A stretch of 61,172 bases of DNA, filler included. It is 8 parts of 8 records of this genome, joined end to end, with 100 filler letters (N's around TTAATTAATTAA, not from the genome) between each part and the next. Parts side by side here need not be neighbours in the genome. Positions count along the whole stretch, not along the records: positions 31,052 to 36,986 come from SRR15195285_659; positions 37,087 to 45,896 come from SRR15195285_660; 6 more parts are not named here. One strand, written 5' to 3'. The position numbers and the translations under genes are program-made. Shown one piece after another: positions 31,053 through 43,455 of the stretch. The notes under the pieces are model-generated. The model was not told the origin of the DNA, searched no databases, and saw nothing but the letters and a program-made list of their open reading frames with translations. Positions within the stretch are counted from its first letter, which is position 1; each line of letters begins with the position of its first letter.

Positions 31053-34000
31053 CCGCAGCCAGAGCCAGAGCCAGAGCCAGATCACCCTGAGAACCCATGC
31101 CCTGGTCACTTCTCCGAGCCAGTCACGCTCACGTATCCGGCGTACGAAGCCTGGGCTGCGATGCCAGATGTTGTCCGCGTTTCGACGACGGGTGTGTCTT
31201 TGCCTGCGTACCTGTCCCCTCGCTCGGGAGACTTTCCTTGCCAAGCAGCTCCGACCGAGGTCAGCGTCCGGGGCGTCACGTTGATCGGTTCTATGGCCCG
31301 CTGTGGCGCACGCGGTGAGTGCTGCACGTGCTGCACGTCGGCTGGCGTGACCACTACGGAGGCGACTCAAGTCTGTGAAGCTGTGAAGGACGCGCAGGCG
31401 TGGGATGCGTCCGAGTACTACGACAGAACAACCGGCGTGCCGCACAATCCTATGAGCACTCGACCGCTCGACCAGGAGCGCTGCCAGGATATGCAGACGC
31501 TGGACGGTCAGGTCTGGCTTGACATCGAGGGGGACGCCTGCAACGCGTACCGTGAGATGTGTGAAGGAGGCGCTGTACTCACGCGGAGTTTCAATGCGCA
31601 AGACCGTGAGATTGTCGAGGGCTGGCTGAACCAGCCTGAGGTGTTTACGGCTGACGTTTTGGCTATCAATCTGAACCTTGTCGCTTGGGCGCCGATATCA
31701 GGCCCATTTCAAGGCATGTCGGCGCTGCACGCATGCTGCAGGTGTGGTGGAGGGCAGACGATACCTGAGCCTGTTCCACCGCCTCCGCCTCCCGAGCCGG
31801 AGCCGGAGGCCAGCCAGACCACGGCATCGACAAAGTCGCCAAAGGCGGAGCCAGAGCTGCCACCGAAACTCTACTCTCGCGCGGAGCTGATGATCTATAT
31901 CTGCGGCTGCAGCCTCTTCGGCCCTGTCGTCGCCGTCGGCGCGTACCTGTGCTTTACAAGAGTTGATGGTAAGACGGGTGCGATGGATATGACGTGGTGG
32001 CGAAAGCACAAGTCACTGCTGGCCATGTTCAGCCTGTACTACTGGTCAGTCAAAGTGTCAGAAGACAGCATGGGAAGAAACGGGCACGCCTGGCACTGGA
32101 AGTGGAGCTTCCTGGCCGTGCTCGCGAACCTCGTAGGCTTTCGATTCGTTTGGATGAAGGTGGCGGACTACGTATCTGCTCCGCCCGAAGCCGAAGGCCC
32201 GGTTGCGGTCTGCGACCCTGTCATGCTACTGCACCAAGGCAATGCTCTGATTGCTCTGTTCGTCCACTGTTGGCTGGTCCAAATCGCGAGCAACATTATG
32301 GCCTTCCAGACCGGCTTCATCGTGAGCCGGTATTACATGCTGTCTTCAAACGCGATCCACGAATCGTCGGCAGGTGACGATACTGACATCGAGCCTGTCC
32401 AGTGGCCAAGTCTCTGGGGGGGCGCTGCCCCGATATGGCGAGTTCTAGGACACTTTGCCTTGTTTCGGTCGGCGCTGCCTCTCTTCGACCTGTGCGAGAC
32501 GTTCCGCCGATACCTGCTTGGCCAACAATTCAAAGAATCGCTGCGATTTCGGCTGGTGCGAATGGCCATATACGGCCCAGAGCAGTCGTTGTGGGAAAGG
32601 GCACAGAGTAAACGGGCGCTCGACTATCAAGAAGACAAAGAGCGCATGAACATTGCGAAGATGCTATACAACGAGGCGGCCAGCGTGGAGGTTGTCTTTG
32701 TGTGCCTCTACATCCTCGGCGGTGTCCTGACTGTGCTGCTGCTCGCGGCTGTTCCAGCAAACCAAGGCGCGACAGGTTGCGTAACATCGGTTGAATGGGC
32801 AGCGGCGTGGTGCATCGGATGGAGTTGCACTCGACTATGGCTCTCGACACGACAAGCGGGCATCTCTGCCGCCATAGTATGTTTTGTCAATGAGCCGACC
32901 TTTTTGGCGTTTCTCGACTCAGAGTCCTACGTTAGCATGCGTGCGGTTAAGGGTAACGACGCGCAGAGACCCGGCGAGCATGTTTTCTATCATCTGCTTG
33001 ACAGTGGAAGGTACACAAAGCAGCAGGTTGCAGATATCGAAAAGCAGCGGGAGGAGTGGTTCATCGACAGGACGGACGCAGACCTAGTAGAGGACTGGAT
33101 TCGATGGGTCAGTTCGCATGTCGGTGTCTTTTCAGTCACGGAGGCTACCGGCACGAGGATTGAGTTGCTCTTGTTGAAAGATGGGCTCGGTACGATGACA
33201 GACACACAAGGTGGTGCTGATGACCTACTCAGGCTTCTGCAGCACATCGAGCGCCTGATCAAAACGCCGCCGGAATCGAACAAACGAGAATGGCTGATCA
33301 AAAATCGGACGGGTACACACGGCGCGCGCGCCGAGGCTCGGAGGTTCGAGACTGTGGATATCGAGTGGGAGTGGACCATCCAAGAGAAACTCGCACAGCT
33401 GCTTATTGCGCACAAAACTGGACTGATGGCAGCCATTGGCACTCGAAAGAAATTGGTATTGCCACAGTGGGCGAGACGTATGCCCCAGATCAAGGACACT
33501 CCAGCGTACAAGAAGTTTGACCACAATGAGTATGAGGCGCTCCGCTCGTTCGACATCTTCATCTCTTACCGGGTGAGCGCTCACGCGGGTGTTGCCGAAA
33601 GCTTGTTTCACAACCTGTCCAGAAAAAAGGGTGCCGACGGTAGGCCGATCACGGTGTTCCGAGACAAGGAATGCCTGGGACGAGGAGATTGGAAGCAGAA
33701 CTTCCTTCGTGCGATTGGTGCTGCCAAGATCGTGGTGCTGCTTGTGTCCCAGGAGGTACTGTTCGAATTCAGGAAGAATGTAGAAGGTCACGCAGTGGAC
33801 AACGTGCTGCTCGAGCACGAGTACGCTTTGCATATGATGAGTACCGGAACTGCGGAGATATTTCTTGTCCAAATTGGTACCGCACCACCCCTTCATCAGT
33901 GGCTTGACAGCGCGGACATCCCCAATGTTGATGCGTTCAAGAAAGCAATGACGGAGCGTGCGACCGACATGTCATCAGTGTCTTCGCTGACGGAGCTTGT

Positions 34001-36986
34001 AAAAAAGGATAAAACCTTCGTTGTGGATGCCTGCCAAAAAGCTGGTTTGAACACGGCGCAGACTGTTGCATTCCTGGAAAAATTGCGGAGCGTAGAGTAC
34101 CACTGGGGTGCTGTGCAAAATTTCGAGTACTCGCAGCAGCCACACTTCGACATCCAAAGTTTAGCACTCGGCTCAGTGAAGCAGACAATGATGCCCCTGC
34201 TTTGTCAGCAGTGGAGCACAGGGTTTGGCATAGACACAGGCAACACGACCGGCGTTGGGCTGCAGGTCGCTGACCTCGACGTGGGCAAGACTGTCCCCGA
34301 AGACGACAGTCGTTTCAACAAGGAGCTGATCTATCCAATTCTGAAGATGGTGGACAAGGTCAACTACGAGCAAACGTCCGAGGTTGTGGGTGGAAATTCA
34401 CGCCAAGGCATTTGGAAGGAGTTCGAAGCACGGTGGATGACCACGGTCTATTCCATCGCGCACGACAAAGAAATCATGCCCCAACAAATCAAGCCGAGCA
34501 AGGCCGTGACGGCAAAATGGCGCGACAAGGTCAAGGCGGCTGTGATGGCAGCGCGAGTGATGCCCTCGACACACTGCGCCGAAACTGCATGTCACACGAG
34601 CTGCTTCAAGTGCCATCACACGAACCTGTCGGAAAAAGAAAAAGATAGACGACTTTCCGACGGGGCACGCCTAGTTCTCTGGTGGGATGAAGAGACGTCC
34701 CCTGCCGGCAAAACTCAGGTTCCATCCAAGAAGTGGTCCCAGGTGATCTCGGAGGTCTTGGTTGCGTGCCGCATTTATGAGCGCTGCCGTGAGGACCTGA
34801 CTGTTCTTGTGCAAACGGACGGATCGGATCTGGAGCAGACGACATCTGCCGCTAAGAAATTCTCCCCGCGAGAAGAACGGCGTGCCAAACAAATCATCCT
34901 GCACACGGTAAAGCAGCTGAAAAAAGAGCTGATAGCAACAATGTGCTTGGCGGATCAAGACGAAGATGGAGTTCTGCTATCGTGGGCAATGATCGAGGTC
35001 GCCAAGAACAACCGTGACAGAATCTATGCTGGCGACTTCGTTGGCGACGATCAGGATGAGCCGCTGGTCAATGATGGCTGGAAGAGCGCAGCGCAGGAGG
35101 AGTATATCTACCTCCGCAACCAGCATTCTCTGCGGACGGGTGAGATCAAAACGTGCTTGGACCTGGTTGCGAACGACAGGTCTGCCGACGCCCTGGAAAA
35201 GATCAACAATGCCATTGCGAAAGTGGCTGAAACAGCGACGAATTTTGTAGAGAAAGAACGTGTCCGACTGGAACCATTGGCAACAACGGCTGATGTTGTG
35301 ACTCCGCTGAACAGCGACGAAGAGCGCAGCATCACCGACCAAGGGACCAGTCTCCAGACTGATGGCCAATATGTAGGAGCCGCACTCCAAGCGCTGGCCG
35401 CAATGGATGAGACGTTGGTCACCAGGTTGTCAGACGACCTCACCCACTTCAAAACTGAATTGCAGAAAATTATCGACAAGAGTGGAAAGCCGCACACCCC
35501 AACTCCAATCTCAGTTGCCGGGCAACAGGGCACATCCACCGCCCCTAGCTCCGAGCTGCAAGAGCTGGAGGCAGCAGTGCAGCAAGCGGAATCACACGAG
35601 GAAAAGGCTGTCTTGCGGTGCAGAAAGCGTAAGGCAGACTTCACGGCTGCGCTGGCAGACTTGGATTTGCTGAGCTATCAGGACACCCTGGAAGAGCAGG
35701 GGTATCGGTCGATGGGAGACATCTTTGCAGCATCGCTGGAGCAGTTGCAGGAGCTAGAGGAAACGATTCAGATGGCGCCTGGTGACCTTAATCGGCTCCA
35801 TAAAGAGTGGGGGGCACACCATGACGAGCGTCAGACTGCTGGGCCGAGCGATGCGCAACAGGACCTGAAGGAAATACAGAACACGAACCGCCGGCTTCGT
35901 TTCCACGATCGGAAGCAAGCCGAACTACTGGTAGAGCTCAAAAAGAAGCGCGCTGCGCAGCGAGAGCAAGTCGAGGCGCAGCGACTTGATGTTGAGACAC
36001 AGGGACTGGAGATGGAGCTGAAGGCGGAGACGCAGCAATTGAAAGCGGAGCTTGAGAGAATGCAGGAGGAGCATCGCCAGAGTGTACAAAAAGCAGTTGA
36101 GCTGCGGAACCAGCTCAACAAGTTCGTTGGATCATTACTTGATGAGTGGGACGTAGACCATGATGGTACCATCAGTCCAATAGAGTTGCACGACTATGTG
36201 GAGCATCTCTACGTGGAACATGCGTTCGGGTATGATGCTGCCGCCGACCAAAACATTGCAAACTTGATGCACAAGATAGATCGAAATATGGACGGCATCA
36301 TATCAAAGAAAGAGCTGGTCGAGTTTCTGCGACAGCACCACGGAAACCTTCTGTTGCATCGTTCAACAGGAGGGGAAGAGCAGATATATGATGACAATCT
36401 CATGGCGGAAGCTCTGCGCGTAGAAAGGGGAGAGGACGAAGAGGCTAGGAAGGCATCTTTGCAAGGCAAACCAATCGACACTGTTCCGAACATTGAGCAC
36501 GCGCTTGCTCTGTACGGCCTCTGTTCCCACGACTGTGGGGCGGAAGGCGACTGCCAGTTCCGTTCGCTAGCATTTTCGCTGCTTGAAAGTGCAGAAGAAC
36601 ACATGGAAGTACGACAGGCCGTCGTCAACGAATTGCGCGATCATCCGGAGAGGTACGAGGAATTTGAAGAAGCGTGGGGGCGCAACGCGCAGCTGACATA
36701 TGCAGAGTTTGTCCAGAAAATAGGCCGTCCTGGTGAGTGGGGTGGAAATGCCACACTCTATGCTGCATCCAACTACTATGGACGCGTGATCAACGTCGTA
36801 CGCGAGGATAAGTCATACGCGAGGATAAGTCCGCATGCTGGCGAACGTGAAGGAAACGATCTGTGGTTGGCCTACGTCAACGGCAGCCACTATCGTGCTA
36901 CAAAGCTTTGCACCGGCTTCGCTCATGCGACGACGCCAGACGGAGCGGTTTGTCATACCCCGATGGATTTGTTCAATCAAAAACAG
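31053..36986 (+). CDS. Multipass membrane protein with TIR, SAM-like, EF-hand and OTU deubiquitinase domains (truncated at both ends)
   Basis: The frame is open across the whole contig. Cys-rich N-region, then several TM helices (~31890-32890). TIR: FDIFISYRV, VFRDKECL, IVVLLVS, DNVLLEHEYAL (~33550-33880). SAM-like: LDLLSYQDTLEEQGY...MAPGDLNRL (~35640-35800). EF-hands: DVDHDGTISPIE, DRNMDGIISKKE. OTU: GDCQFRSLA, GEWGGNATL, GSHY (~36530-36900). Confidence 0.9.
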
Positions 36987-37086
36987 NNNNNNNNNNNNNN
37001 NNNNNNNNNNNNNNNNNNNNNNNNNNNNNNTTAATTAATTAANNNNNNNNNNNNNNNNNNNNNNNNNNNNNNNNNNNNNNNNNNNN
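36987..37086. other. Artificial contig linker
   Basis: 44 N + TTAATTAATTAA + 44 N. Confidence 0.98.
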
Positions 37087-37602
37087 ACCGTGGTCGCCGT
37101 TTACCCGAGTGTAAGGGGTAAACAGGCCCCCCACCTAGCTATGCTAGCTGGGTCACGGAACGACCATGGAAAGACAACACAGAGAGGATTTACAGTGTAA
37201 GGGGCTACGGGCCGAGCGGCGGGCCGGAGTGGTCGCTTCGGTCCAGCCTCCAGCGGCAGCGAGCGCGGCGCGACGGCGGAGCCAGGGCGGTGAGAGTCGA
37301 TCCGCAGTCGTCAAAGTGGTCCCTTGTGGGACTTGCCGAGATCGATGGCATGCGACCACGGTTGCTCTGCACTCCAGACAGTAGGCATGCGAATGCGCAG
37401 CGATCGGGAGGCTCACGCCACGTGCAGAACTCTGCATCCGCGGGTGCGCGACGCAATGATGAAGAAAGCCGATCAAATAGACTCTTTGCTTCTGAAAACC
37501 AATGATGCTGACACCATGCGCTTGGGTCCAAGTACCCAATGTCATCCATGTCCCCGATGTCACAATGTATTGTAATAATTCTGCGCGGTGCGCAAACTTG
37601 GG

Positions 37603-39831
37603 TTACAATAACTGTAGCGGGGGACCCATCGTCGACTTGAGGTGAATTGTCTTGATGCTGCCCCAGCCATCCTTAGTGGCCGAGATCAAGCAGTCGATAG
37701 CTATGGAAATGTTTTCGGTCAGTTGCCTCGGAGTCATTTGCACGTGGCCGATGGCCACCTGGAGACCCATCACCTTCTTGAGCTGCCATTTGGATTTGCA
37801 CCGCAAATTCTCCACTGCGTCTATTAAGTTCTTGCCATCCGGGAGCACCGCGGGAAACTTCGCAACTTTACCAGTCGTAGGTCCGAGCACTCTCGGGATA
37901 TGCTTGATCACGGACTCGGACGCCAAGAATGCGGCATAGGTATCGAACAGCTTCTTCACCTCTTTCTTGTCCCGTCTCAGCTCGCGAAGCATGTCAAGGC
38001 TTCGCCACGGAATCCCATGCGTCTCCGCCTCCGCGCAGTGTCGTTCATCGCCGATCACGCAGACCAAATGTGCTGGGCGGGGGCAGTGTCGCAGTGTGAA
38101 CGTGGCTGCGAAACGCTTGTCTTGTGAAGGATCATAACCTTGGAGCCCAACCTGAAGTTCTACTGTCTCTAGGTAGTTGCGTGGTTTTGGCCCCTGTTCT
38201 ATCAGGCCAGCTGGATAGCGCTTCGAAGGCTTGGTTTCCACTGGCTGCTCCAGCACCTGACCATTTGAAAACGACAGACACTGGCAAATCCTCAGCATGA
38301 TTTCCCCGTCACAGTCATCAACTGCTGTGGTGCTGCTATATCCACCATTATACGGTTTAGACAATGGACGATGCAAGCCGCCCCACTGTTCACTACAGCG
38401 TTCTAGTACAGTAGCAGTCGGCTGCTGCTGCTGTTGCTGTGATAGCTGCTGCTGCGACACCATATGGACCAGCTGGGGATCGATCGTGACTTCCTGTTCA
38501 AAGAGCACGGTGGCCAGCGCCAGCCGCTGCGCAGCTGCCACGACTAATCTCGCGGCGAGACGTGCTTGCCGCTCCTCAATTTTCTCCTGCTCACTCATCC
38601 TCAGCCATATAATGTTTGCCTCATGGTGCTGAGAAAACTCCGCTATGATCCCAGGCCGTGCCAATCTGCGTCTCTCGACTACCTCTTGGCTGCGACCAGC
38701 TCTCTGACAGGCATTCAGCTCCGCACGTAATGCGGACCACCACTCTGGCCGCTGGATATTCAGGCTGTGCGCGGGAGTATCACGCAGTCGGTTTGTCAGC
38801 AGCTTGCGATGTACAGTAGCCTTGGTCACAGCAGCTTCATGTGCAGCGTCTGGAGCTAGATAGTCAGCGTGTATTGCCCAGGGGCGCCGAGTACCACGTC
38901 CATACGGAATCACCTCGGCAGCTAGCGTGGTGATCAGGTTGGATGTTTCGACCTTGGCTACTCGAACAGCCACCTGCTGTTGTAGCACTGACTGTAGCTC
39001 CTGATCAGCCGCTTCCACTGTGGCGTGGGCTTCCACAGCCACCACTTCCGCTGCAATTCTTCGAGCACGTTCCTCATTGGAGCGTGTCCGTACAATAGCC
39101 GTGATGCTCGAGGCGTACGAAGGCTGGGGCATTGAGGCTGTTTCTTCCGGCTCCGGTTCCAGACCCAGCTCCGGCTCTGGCTCCGGTCCGTCTGCACTCC
39201 AGGCAACGGTATCTAAGGCAGATGTCAGCGCAGCCTGTCTTGCGACACCCTGGGGTCCCTCTGTGGCTTGGAGGACGCCGAGCCACGCTGCAAGCTCAAT
39301 CTCCTGCCTCGTGGTTCGCTGCTGCAGGCTTGCAAGCAGCTGGAGACGCTCATCTGACCACCTACCAAAAAGCGCGATCTGTTCACACTGCTCTTCCAGT
39401 GGGCGGTGGCAACACTGCTCTCCAAGCTGGGCGCGTGCCTGCTTCCAGTCCGGCTCGACCGTCAGGTGCAGACGATAGACCTGGATAAGCTTGAACCGGT
39501 CGGCCGTAGCGGCAGTATGGTCGTCCTTGCAGCCCGAAAGCCGCAGCTCGAAAGCGTCGCCCGGGTAGACGGAGCGGCTAGGTTTGGCTGGTGGCTGGCC
39601 ATCTGACACCACCCAAGCATCCACGCGCCCGACCGGTCCCTGCGGGGTGCAACCCACGCTAGCTGCGCGCGCTGCACGGATTGAGCCGGCCTTGCATGCC
39701 CTACGGGCTGCGGAGGCCGAGGGAAAGACGTGAGCGCTGCAAAGCCAGCGGTCTAGTCGCTCGACTGCGCCTTCCTCCTCCTCCGTCCTTCTGCAACTCC
39801 GCCGAGCGTACCAGCGGGCTGTGACCATCAC
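37603..39831 (-). CDS. Fusion of an Hsp15/S4-like RNA-binding domain and a divergent ribosomal protein uL1 (RPL10A-like) domain
   Basis: N-terminal RLDRWL...FPSASAARRACKAG...KPSRSVYPGD (S4/Hsp15 pattern). The C-terminal ~200 aa contain RNYLETVELQVGLQGYDPSQDKRF, FLASESVIKHIPRVLGP, QLKKV, HLKSTMGPP, which is the eukaryotic uL1 signature. Confidence 0.85.
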   Translation of the reverse strand: MMVTARWYARRSCRRTEEEEGAVERLDRWLCSAHVFPSASAARRACKAGSIRAARAASVGCTPQGPVGRVDAWVVSDGQPPAKPSRSVYPGDAFELRLSGCKDDHTAATADRFKLIQVYRLHLTVEPDWKQARAQLGEQCCHRPLEEQCEQIALFGRWSDERLQLLASLQQRTTRQEIELAAWLGVLQATEGPQGVARQAALTSALDTVAWSADGPEPEPELGLEPEPEETASMPQPSYASSITAIVRTRSNEERARRIAAEVVAVEAHATVEAADQELQSVLQQQVAVRVAKVETSNLITTLAAEVIPYGRGTRRPWAIHADYLAPDAAHEAAVTKATVHRKLLTNRLRDTPAHSLNIQRPEWWSALRAELNACQRAGRSQEVVERRRLARPGIIAEFSQHHEANIIWLRMSEQEKIEERQARLAARLVVAAAQRLALATVLFEQEVTIDPQLVHMVSQQQLSQQQQQQPTATVLERCSEQWGGLHRPLSKPYNGGYSSTTAVDDCDGEIMLRICQCLSFSNGQVLEQPVETKPSKRYPAGLIEQGPKPRNYLETVELQVGLQGYDPSQDKRFAATFTLRHCPRPAHLVCVIGDERHCAEAETHGIPWRSLDMLRELRRDKKEVKKLFDTYAAFLASESVIKHIPRVLGPTTGKVAKFPAVLPDGKNLIDAVENLRCKSKWQLKKVMGLQVAIGHVQMTPRQLTENISIAIDCLISATKDGWGSIKTIHLKSTMGPPLQLL

Positions 39832-40520
39832 CTCATCAGGCAGTCGGTCGCTGCTGAGAGCACGAACTCGAGCCTCGCTTGCGTGCTCTCAGCAGCGCCA
39901 GCAACAGACACGCGGCGACAGTTGGTTCTGTACCACTGGTGGTAGCTGCAGCGAGCAGGCTCGCGCGAGACACACGACATGTTACCGGGAATGTGTGGCG
40001 TGGCCACAACTTGCCATCGAGATACGTAGCCGCCGCTGTAGCACACTAGAGAGAGTGTGGCTGCCGGTCTATATGCAGGGACGACGCCCACGCGGCCGAT
40101 GGACGCGCGGGACGGCGGCGGGCGCGTCCTTCATGTTATGTTCTAATGTAGCTATATGCATCCACCCGCTAGCGGTACCGCGTACCGGTGCGCATGATGA
40201 CGGGCCCCTCGCGCGAGAGACGACGGGGAGAAGCGCGCACTCTCGACGCCGGCGCGCGCGGCTATTCGCCTACTACAGTACTAGTACTACTACTAGCTAG
40301 TATTGGTGACGCTTCCGCGCGCGCTTCAATGCTGAATGCAACTGCCGCCGATCGACCGCGCGCGCGCGTCATGCGTCAACCGGACCGCGAGCTGGCCTAT
40401 CTCATCATCATGCATCGAATTCATGCGTGCAACCCAGCGCGCTCATACGATACGCGCGTATGCAGTACTATATATAGGGCGGCGCGAGACGGAGCCGCAG
40501 CTGTCGGTGGCGAGGTCGGG

Positions 40521-41865
40521 ATGCCCAGGTGCAAGATGGCTGTGGCCGTGGCCTTGGTCGCTGCGCTGCTCGGGTTGGGCACGACGAGTGTGTCTGCAGC
40601 ATGGTATCTGCCTGGTAGAAAAGTCTGTCTTCATTGGATTGAGCCCTGTATTGTTAATGGCCGCTGCTTACGGCTCTTCTGCATTCACTGGAGCAGGTAC
40701 GACGGGCTGGTGGATATGCTCGAGCTGCCACCCGGGTTTTCAGTGAAGGTGTATGCAGAGGTGCCGGCGGCTCGCTCGCTCGCGTACAATCCAGCCACTG
40801 GGACGGTGTTCGTCGGTGCGTACGACTTTAGTGGGATACAGGGTCGCAATTCCAACCTCGCAGTGTATGGTCTGCGTTTCTACGACGGAGAGATGTTTCC
40901 TCCTGAGTACGCACTAGTGCGATCTGGTTGTAGCATTGCCATTCCACCTTTTTTGGAGCTCAAGTACCTAACCCAGCTGTACTGCTGCTGTTCTTGGTAG
41001 GTTTCGTGGCCGTGCATTTTATGTGGAGCACGGTAGTTGGGACAGAACGATTCCATCTGGATACGCAGTTGCGTCGGCCGCGATTCTCAATCCACATACT
41101 GGTGACTATCAGGCAGTAGACAGTGGAACCAACCGCTGTTGCGTGGCATTGTAATCTAGATTGAGCTGGTCTGAGCTGGCTCTGTGCGTGACCCGACAGG
41201 TATCGATGAGGCTGCCATTGCGGACTCTACGACAGGTCCGTACCGCACGGAAGACTTCCTCGGCGGGTTCAGGATCGAGCCTCCACTGGCGTGCGTCAGG
41301 AATAGTGACTGGTGAGGCAAAACATGCGTCGTGCAGGATGAGCCATGCAATGAGTCAGAACTGAGTCTGCAAGTGTTTCTAACTCGACAGTTCCTGGCAC
41401 GACTGTTGCTGTGCCATCAGCCCAGGAAATAGCTCTTGCCAGACGCGTGCACCGGCAGCGAGCGTACAGAACACCTACTGTGGGGGCCGTGGCCGCCCTG
41501 CAGACCTTCTCGTCCTCATGGATGGCTCTATGCTCGTCACGGACGAGATGAACTCTCTGGTCTTGCGCGTCTCTTATGATGGACCGGCCGGCAGTGCGCC
41601 GCCCCCGCCACCACCGAATGAGGACGGGATGTCGAGCCTGGCCCTGACCGTGGTCATGAACTTCGCGTAAGCCTGTTCCCTCGCGTTGTCTGTCTCTTTT
41701 GCCAAGCTTTGACACAGGTAGACTTGCTGCTGCGGCAGCTGTTGGGGATGCATTGGTTGCGCATACGGCGCCCGAGTTCTCAACAAACGCCGAGTGAAGC
41801 AGCCTACTGCAGACTACGAGCCGCTTATGTCGTCCGTGGGTGTGGACGCGGCGAGCTCTAGATAG
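40521..41865 (+). CDS. Glucose/sorbosone dehydrogenase-like (PQQ beta-propeller) protein, multi-exon, apparently internally deleted
   Basis: Signal peptide; LELPPGFSVKVYAEVPAARSLA; GLRFYDGEMFPPE, then intron 40907-41000, then FRGRAFYVEHGSWDR; EDFLGGF; GRPADLLVLMDGSMLVTDE...LRVSY; possible C-terminal TM segment. The 3' end is approximate. Confidence 0.7.
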
Positions 41866-41984
41866 AAGTCATTTGTGTTGCTGCTATGGGTACAGAATCA
41901 ATAGAATTGTGACAGGCAGCCGCGCTAAGTAGGAAGAGGCGTCCACACCCCTACTGGTCGGTCTAGCGTGTTCCAGCTGCTGAC

Positions 41985-43455
41985 TCAGTCCATCTTCGGC
42001 CCGAGCGTCACCATACAGAGCCACTCATTGTGACTTTCCTTGCATGTCTCGCGGGTGTGCCATGGACCGTCATACTCCGGCAGCACATACCGCTCCTCTC
42101 CTCTACCACGCCGCACCGGAGTCCCACGGTCGGTCCCACCATACTCTTGGCCACACCCGCAAAGGCACACATCAGACAGCTTGCGGTACATCCGATCGTC
42201 TGTCCAGCACATCACTCGCCACATGATCCGGCCGCCTACGAACGGATCTCGTCCATGAAGCATGCGGTACTGCGATGTACGTACACATATCCATGAGAAA
42301 GCACAAGAGCTTCAAACCTAGCGCGCGTGCACAGGTCCCAACTTACATTGTCAATCAATACAGCCTCGCCCTCGCGAACAGCGAAGCGTGGGGCCACGAG
42401 ATCCGCCTTGACCACTGCCTGCTTATAGGCTCTGATAAGCTCTGCACCCTTTCGACAGCCAGGCACAGGCTGTTCCACGTCGCGCGTCAGCCCATTCGTC
42501 ACGCCATTGTCCGTGTGGCCATCGACCGGCACGCTGAGCATGAGCCGCCCTCTGTTCGTCCACTGCGCCATCGGCCTGCGCCACCCACTCGTCTCCGAGT
42601 AGTTGCGGCTCTGGGTGTCCACGGTGAAGAAGTCGTCGCGGTGTGGCATCGAGTCAAGAATGTCGTAGCCGTCTAGCAGGATGCTGCCACCGTTGCTGCC
42701 ACTGCCCATGTAATTATCGGGGCCGGTTGTTGCGCACTCGCCAGAGAACATCAGGAAGTAGTCAGGCTTGAGCTCGCCACCTCCATCCATGTGAGGCTTG
42801 TTGGGCAGGTGGCCACGGTCTACAGTGGCAACTCCTTTCCAGCCCTGCCAGCGCCTTCCGTCCCATCCACCGCCGGCTAGGCGCACTGGCATCTTGAGCT
42901 GCGCGAGTTTGTCGCCGAAAATCCGTGCAGGTAGTTCTGCCGCGATCCTCTGCTGCTCGCGTTCGCTCAGAGAGACGCCTTCGGGCACGGCTCGGAACAC
43001 CACCCCACCGTCCCTCTGGAGCAGCTTGAGCGCCTCCTTGGGGTCACTTGTGCGCTGCGGGATAAAAGTCGTGCCGGGGACTCCACGTGCGGGCATACCT
43101 ACCCCGACCCATCAGAACCCTAGTCAGAGCAATCACAGCAACAGAGTACCGCGAGGATTCCATAATGCAATACTGTGTACACTGCACTCGTGCACTGGCC
43201 AAGAGATTTCTTGGTCGGCGACATCTCGAATAGACCCACGCACGTGCGGCGCAGGCACAACTGATGGCGAGGTCCGAGTTGACCGCACCTGCAGGCGCGT
43301 CAGCAGTGCGCCGAAATGCCGCCGCACACCTCGCGTTGGGATGTGCTACAGCCACCGCCGGTTGGCAGGGAGCGGATGCGACATGCTGAGCCAGCCGGAG
43401 CAGCCTCGCCGGGCGAAACTCCACCCTTTGCTCTACCCCCACCTCCTCGTGCGTC
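41985..43455 (-). CDS. TauD/TfdA-family Fe(II)/2-oxoglutarate dioxygenase, multi-exon
   Basis: HxD motif KPHMDG; GGSILLDG; EGEAVLIDN, then intron 42270-42346, then YRMLHGRDPF (distal His/Arg). The 5' exons (RLLRLAQHV...) are approximate. Confidence 0.8.

Noticed and set aside
37603-38190. Ordinary RPL10A gene
   Set aside because: It is too divergent for this highly conserved protein, and it is continuous in frame with ~540 upstream codons.
41296-41786. Minus-strand ORFs 41296-41715 and 41574-41786
   Set aside because: The plus strand carries the sorbosone-dehydrogenase C-terminal motif GRPADLLVLMDGSMLVTDE over the same bases.
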